Positions 60,374 to 64,000 of a stretch of DNA of 64,000 bases are shown here, one piece after another (position 1 is the first letter of the stretch; each line of letters starts with the position of its first letter). Location of the stretch: assembly GCA_003647645.1 (NCBI GenBank), contig QMNG01000002.1, positions 65,151 through 129,150 on the forward strand, read 5' to 3'. A program made the position numbers and the translations under genes. A model generated the notes under the pieces. It had not been told where the DNA came from. It saw only the letters and a list, made by a program, of their open reading frames with translations, and searched no databases. Source of the stretch: a candidate division Kazan bacterium (lineage in GTDB: Bacteria > Patescibacteriota > Kazan-3B-28).

Positions 60374-60707
60374 AATATTAAGTGGCAGAATGACAATACT
60401 ACAAATATGAAAAAAGGATTTGTGTACATTCTGACTAATAAACCCAAGGGAGTTTTGTATGTTGGGGTAACTAGTGATATAGAAAATCGTATTGGTATAC
60501 ATTCGCTCAATAAAAATAATTCATTTGTTGCCAAATATAAACTATATAAATTAGTCCATTTAGAAGAGTTTAGTAGTATTGAAGAAGCAGTAAGAAGAGA
60601 AAAACAAATAAAAAATTGGCATAGAAATTGGAAAATCAACCTGATTGAAACGAATAATCCAAAATGGGATAATCTATTATTAGATTCTGAAACAAGTTCA
60701 AAATGAC
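60347..60707. mobile_element. GIY-YIG nuclease cassette flanked by ~27-bp direct repeats
   Basis: TAGATACTGAAACAAGTTCAGTATGAC (60347-60373) and TAGATTCTGAAACAAGTTCAAAATGAC (60681-60707) bracket the ORF. Confidence 0.45.
60407..60706 (+). CDS. GIY-YIG family small nuclease, copy 2
   Basis: GFVYILTNKPKGVLYVGVTSDIENRIGIH and REKQIKNWHR. Paralogous to 49499-49846. Confidence 0.85.
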   Translation: MKKGFVYILTNKPKGVLYVGVTSDIENRIGIHSLNKNNSFVAKYKLYKLVHLEEFSSIEEAVRREKQIKNWHRNWKINLIETNNPKWDNLLLDSETSSK

Positions 60708-60719
60708 GATAAAATATAT

Positions 60720-62927
60720 ATGAAATTTCTGAAATTAATCAACAGCAGTTGGATTACAAATATAGCTCTCTGGGGAATTTTGTTGACGCCGCTGTTTTTT
60801 GTCGAGGATTTTAAACCAAATCCCCATTTTGCCAAGGGCATATACTTTTTTGGCATCAGCACGATTTTTTTTGCCTTTGCTTTCTTTACTGTCAATTGGT
60901 CACAAATAAAACGCTGGTTTAAACATCCGTTGGTGCTGATTGCCACCGCTTGGCTGTTAATTGCAGCTTTGGCCTCGGTTTTTGGTATTAATTTATATGT
61001 TAGTTTTTGGGGCAACCCCGAGCGTTTGGGTGGGTTGATAACGGCAATTTACATATACGTGCTGCTGATCGTATTGCTGGCATATTTACAAAAAAATATT
61101 GCGGTTAAAATTCTTTCGATTATGAGTTGGGTCGGCGGACTTGTTGCCCTGTTTGCGATTGCCCAAAAATTGGGGTTTGTTTCGTGGTGGCCCAGCTTCG
61201 AAAGGCCCATCAGCGTTATGGGGAATGTGATTTTCTTGAGCACATTTTTGATAATGACGATATTTATTACCCTGTATTTTGCGTTGCAGAGCCGCACGGT
61301 ATGGCTCAAGCTGACATACGGGATGCTTTTCATCGCGCAAATTATCGCACTGTTTTTGGCGATGTCCCGCGGGCCGTCAATAGGACTGGTGGTGGGTCTG
61401 CTTACTTTTACTATTGGCTGGTTGTGGATAAAATATGCTAAATCTCAGACCAAATTTTGGAAGACAGTTGGTATTGTATTTCTGGCTATGATTATGCTGA
61501 TTGGGGGATTGTACTTGGTAAGAGAACCGCTTGGTATTCAAAGGCTTTTCAGATACTCGGTTACAGAGGGCGGCGCATCACACGCCCGTTTGATTGTTAT
61601 GCAGTCAGTTTTTAACGGGGCCTTAAAAAGACCAATCTTGGGATATGGCCCGGAAAATATCTATGTGGCATACAACGATAGCTATCGCCCTGAGTTAGCC
61701 CGGTATGACTATCGCGAGACTTTTGCCGATAGGGGGCATAGTGTATTGATCGATCAGCTGGCTGCTAATGGTATTTTAGGGTTGATTGCTATGTTGCTGT
61801 TTGTCGGTGGTTTATTTATCTATAGCATAAAGTGGCTCAAACGGGCCGATACCTATTCTGAGAAAATTTTGGCGGTGGCTTTCCTGACCACGATAACGGC
61901 CTACTTTGTCCAAGATTTGGTTGAGTTTGAAATGATATCAAATTATATCTATGGGGCAATTCTGGTTGCTCTTTTGCTGTGTTTGGGTGCCAAAGACAAC
62001 TCGGCGGTTGCCAACATTAGAATGAACTGGCTCAACTGGACAAGCGGGGTAGTTTTATTGGTAGTCAGCTTTTTGGTGGTGTTCGGCGTTTCTTTTTCCT
62101 CGTGGCGGGGCTATTTATACAGCCGTCAGGCGTACAAAGCTTATGCGTTTTCGAGCGACTATGAACTTGCAAAGGGGTACTATGATCTGGCCTTTGAGAT
62201 CAACTCCCCGTTTGCCCATTGGTATCTCCGCGAAAATTATGCGCCGTATGTTGCCGAATATGCCAACAGACTATTCAGAGATAACCCCGGGGTTACTTCA
62301 ATTATATTAGATGACGGCATTCAGAGATTAGCAAAGTTTATTGAGCGCGAACCGGCGGATATCCAAACCCGGGCCAACTACGCCAGTTTGAATTTAATTT
62401 TGGATGATCTGTTGGAGGGCCGAACAGAGGGAGACAGATTATTCAATGAATTGCTACGGGAAAATCCCAATCGGGAATTCTTTTACTTGGCTTGGGGCAA
62501 AAGTTTATTTTTGTCCGGCAGAGTTGAAGATGCTAAAGAAAAAATATTGCAGTCGATGAGTTTGGGAAGTATTCCGGCGGAAGCATATTTCTGGCTTGGT
62601 ACAGTTGAAGCTTACCAGGAGAACGAAGCGGAAGCTCTGGAGAATTTCCATAAATTTGCTATGCGGCCAGTGAAGCATTTTAAGTTTAAGAATCATCTCC
62701 AATATGCCCTCGATTATTTATTAGAGCGGGAAGTTTTTGAAGATGCCATCCCGTTGCAAAAGTTTTTAATTGAATTAGAGCGCGATAATCAGCAATACTG
62801 GCTTAACCTTTCAGTGTTATACCGCGACACCGGGCAAATTGAGATGGCCCGTCAAACAGCCCTGCGGATACTCGAGTTATTCCCAGAGACGCGAGAAGAT
62901 GTTCAGGATTTTATTAATTCCCTTTAA
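60720..62927 (+). CDS. O-antigen ligase/polymerase-like (Wzy_C-type) polytopic membrane protein with C-terminal TPR region
   Basis: 735 aa, about 12 TM helices. LAMSRGPSIGL loop motif, GYGPEN and RGHSVLIDQLAANG motifs typical of the family. C-terminal ~250 aa is helical-repeat/TPR-like. Confidence 0.7.
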   Translation: MKFLKLINSSWITNIALWGILLTPLFFVEDFKPNPHFAKGIYFFGISTIFFAFAFFTVNWSQIKRWFKHPLVLIATAWLLIAALASVFGINLYVSFWGNPERLGGLITAIYIYVLLIVLLAYLQKNIAVKILSIMSWVGGLVALFAIAQKLGFVSWWPSFERPISVMGNVIFLSTFLIMTIFITLYFALQSRTVWLKLTYGMLFIAQIIALFLAMSRGPSIGLVVGLLTFTIGWLWIKYAKSQTKFWKTVGIVFLAMIMLIGGLYLVREPLGIQRLFRYSVTEGGASHARLIVMQSVFNGALKRPILGYGPENIYVAYNDSYRPELARYDYRETFADRGHSVLIDQLAANGILGLIAMLLFVGGLFIYSIKWLKRADTYSEKILAVAFLTTITAYFVQDLVEFEMISNYIYGAILVALLLCLGAKDNSAVANIRMNWLNWTSGVVLLVVSFLVVFGVSFSSWRGYLYSRQAYKAYAFSSDYELAKGYYDLAFEINSPFAHWYLRENYAPYVAEYANRLFRDNPGVTSIILDDGIQRLAKFIEREPADIQTRANYASLNLILDDLLEGRTEGDRLFNELLRENPNREFFYLAWGKSLFLSGRVEDAKEKILQSMSLGSIPAEAYFWLGTVEAYQENEAEALENFHKFAMRPVKHFKFKNHLQYALDYLLEREVFEDAIPLQKFLIELERDNQQYWLNLSVLYRDTGQIEMARQTALRILELFPETREDVQDFINSL

Positions 62928-62935
62928 TTTTGGCT

Positions 62936-64000
62936 ATGAGTTTTTTTAAACTTCTTCACAGTAACGGGCTGGCTAATTTATTTTTTTGGCTGATTCTACT
63001 GACACCAGTGTTGTTTGCGTATAATACGATTTATGCGAGCATATTCGGCAGGGGAATATGGTTTTTTATACTGTTGGCATTACTGCTGAGCGCCTCATTG
63101 TTTACCATGCAGTTTCATGCCATTAAACAACTGTTTCGGCATCCAATCTTCTGGATTATTTTGGGCTGGCTAGCTCTCAGTACTGTATCTGCTGTGTTGG
63201 GCGAGAACTTCTTTGTGAGTTTTTGGGGTCCGGTAGGCAGGTTAGGCGGGTTAATCACAATGATCAATGTGTTTTTACTCTTTGTTCTGGCTGTTACCCA
63301 AATCCAATATCGGGGGGTTGGCAACGTTTTAAGAATAATGACACATGTCAGCTCGATAGTGGCGCTATATGGGATTATTCAATTTCTACGGAATATTAAC
63401 TCTGATTTTTTGTTTAATGAAAGGCTGGTTTCTAGTTTGGGTAACCCGCTCTTTTTGGGCTCGTTCCTGCTCCTGACCGTATTCTTTGCATTATATTTTG
63501 CTCTCACATCCCATAGCCGATGGGCTAAAATTCTCTTTGGAACTGAATTTATTGTTCTATTTTCGGCGATAGTTATGACCATCTCGCGCGGGCCTAATAT
63601 TGCCCTATGCCTTGGCCTAATTGTTTTTATTGTTGGCGGGGTCATAATTCTGTCGCGGAAGTGGCAAACTGCTGTTCTGCGGCTGCTGGCAGTTGCAGTA
63701 GGTCTAGCTCTCATTGGCGGCACGGGGTATCTTCTCCGGGAGCCGCTCGGCATTGAAAGACTCTTTAATTATTCTATGACTGGCTCAATCCAAAGTAGAC
63801 TGATAACTTATGAAGCCCTCTGGAAATCCGTGTTGGAAAGACCGCTGCTTGGATATGGGTTAGAAAACGTCAATCTGGCGCATGATCTGAATTATAATCC
63901 CATTCGTGAGCAATCCGGGTATAAAGAATCCTTCACTTCGCGGGCCCACAATGTGTTTATAGATCAGCTGACTACCAACGGCTTTGCCGGAGGCGTTTTT
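62936..64000 (+). CDS. O-antigen ligase/polymerase-like membrane protein, paralog (3' end outside window)
   Basis: ATG at 62936, frame open to the window end (not in the supplied ORF track because no stop is reached). MTISRGPNIAL, GYGLEN and RAHNVFIDQLTTNG parallel the motifs of the preceding gene. Confidence 0.7.
   Translation, partial: MSFFKLLHSNGLANLFFWLILLTPVLFAYNTIYASIFGRGIWFFILLALLLSASLFTMQFHAIKQLFRHPIFWIILGWLALSTVSAVLGENFFVSFWGPVGRLGGLITMINVFLLFVLAVTQIQYRGVGNVLRIMTHVSSIVALYGIIQFLRNINSDFLFNERLVSSLGNPLFLGSFLLLTVFFALYFALTSHSRWAKILFGTEFIVLFSAIVMTISRGPNIALCLGLIVFIVGGVIILSRKWQTAVLRLLAVAVGLALIGGTGYLLREPLGIERLFNYSMTGSIQSRLITYEALWKSVLERPLLGYGLENVNLAHDLNYNPIREQSGYKESFTSRAHNVFIDQLTTNGFAGGVF

Noticed and set aside
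63115-63753. Minus-strand ORFs (69 aa and 124 aa, Arg/Pro-rich) at the window end.
   Set aside because: They are antisense to the open-ended O-antigen-ligase-like paralog, which has clear paralogy to the preceding gene.
1-64000. Looked for prophage or defence hallmarks: integrase, transposase, restriction-modification, toxin-antitoxin, Cas, retron or reverse transcriptase.
   Set aside because: None was recognisable in any ORF translation. The only mobile-like items are the two GIY-YIG cassettes and the MITE-like repeats.

Overview
This 64-kb window looks like a streamlined, almost single-strand-oriented bacterial chromosome segment. By gene content and style it resembles Candidate Phyla Radiation / Patescibacteria genomes, but that is an inference and was not verified by any search.

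Housekeeping genes I can recognise from motifs: alaS (3' part), ftsA-like, ruvX, HU, trxB, gdh, a glutaredoxin-like gene, recX, metG, tatD, a short CCA/poly(A)-polymerase-family enzyme, uppP, ruvB, tsaB/tsaE, rny, an M16 peptidase, ndk and mnmA. There are also two ECF-type sigma factors, each with a downstream membrane partner, and seven tRNA genes, all with encoded CCA.

A large fraction of the window encodes envelope or surface proteins:
- an S8 protease;
- a lamin-tail-domain protein;
- an FN3 protein;
- a 1551-aa repeat protein;
- two O-antigen-ligase-like proteins.

The most unusual locus is a 15.4-kb, translationally coupled seven-gene operon at 22.4-37.9 kb, behind a perfect consensus promoter. 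It has three parts:
- A 1652-aa membrane-anchored protein with Kelch-like, Ig-like and dockerin-like regions.
- Five genes encoding six copies of a ~500-aa module I cannot assign to any family. Each copy sits between an N-terminal and a C-terminal TM helix, and one gene is a fusion of two modules.
- A small TM protein.

The second notable locus is a ~1-kb non-coding region at 45.3-46.3 kb. It carries three perfect DnaA boxes and one near-perfect one, about 11 copies of a CCTACAA-N-TTGTAGG palindrome, and a perfect 65-bp direct repeat. It lies upstream of a MerR-like HTH gene.

The window is also peppered with short palindromic MITE-like repeats, two of them in frame inside mnmA, and has two small GIY-YIG nuclease cassettes. 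No CRISPR array, rRNA, integrase/transposase or recognisable defence system was seen.

All calls come from reading the sequence and the ORF translations. No database search was run.
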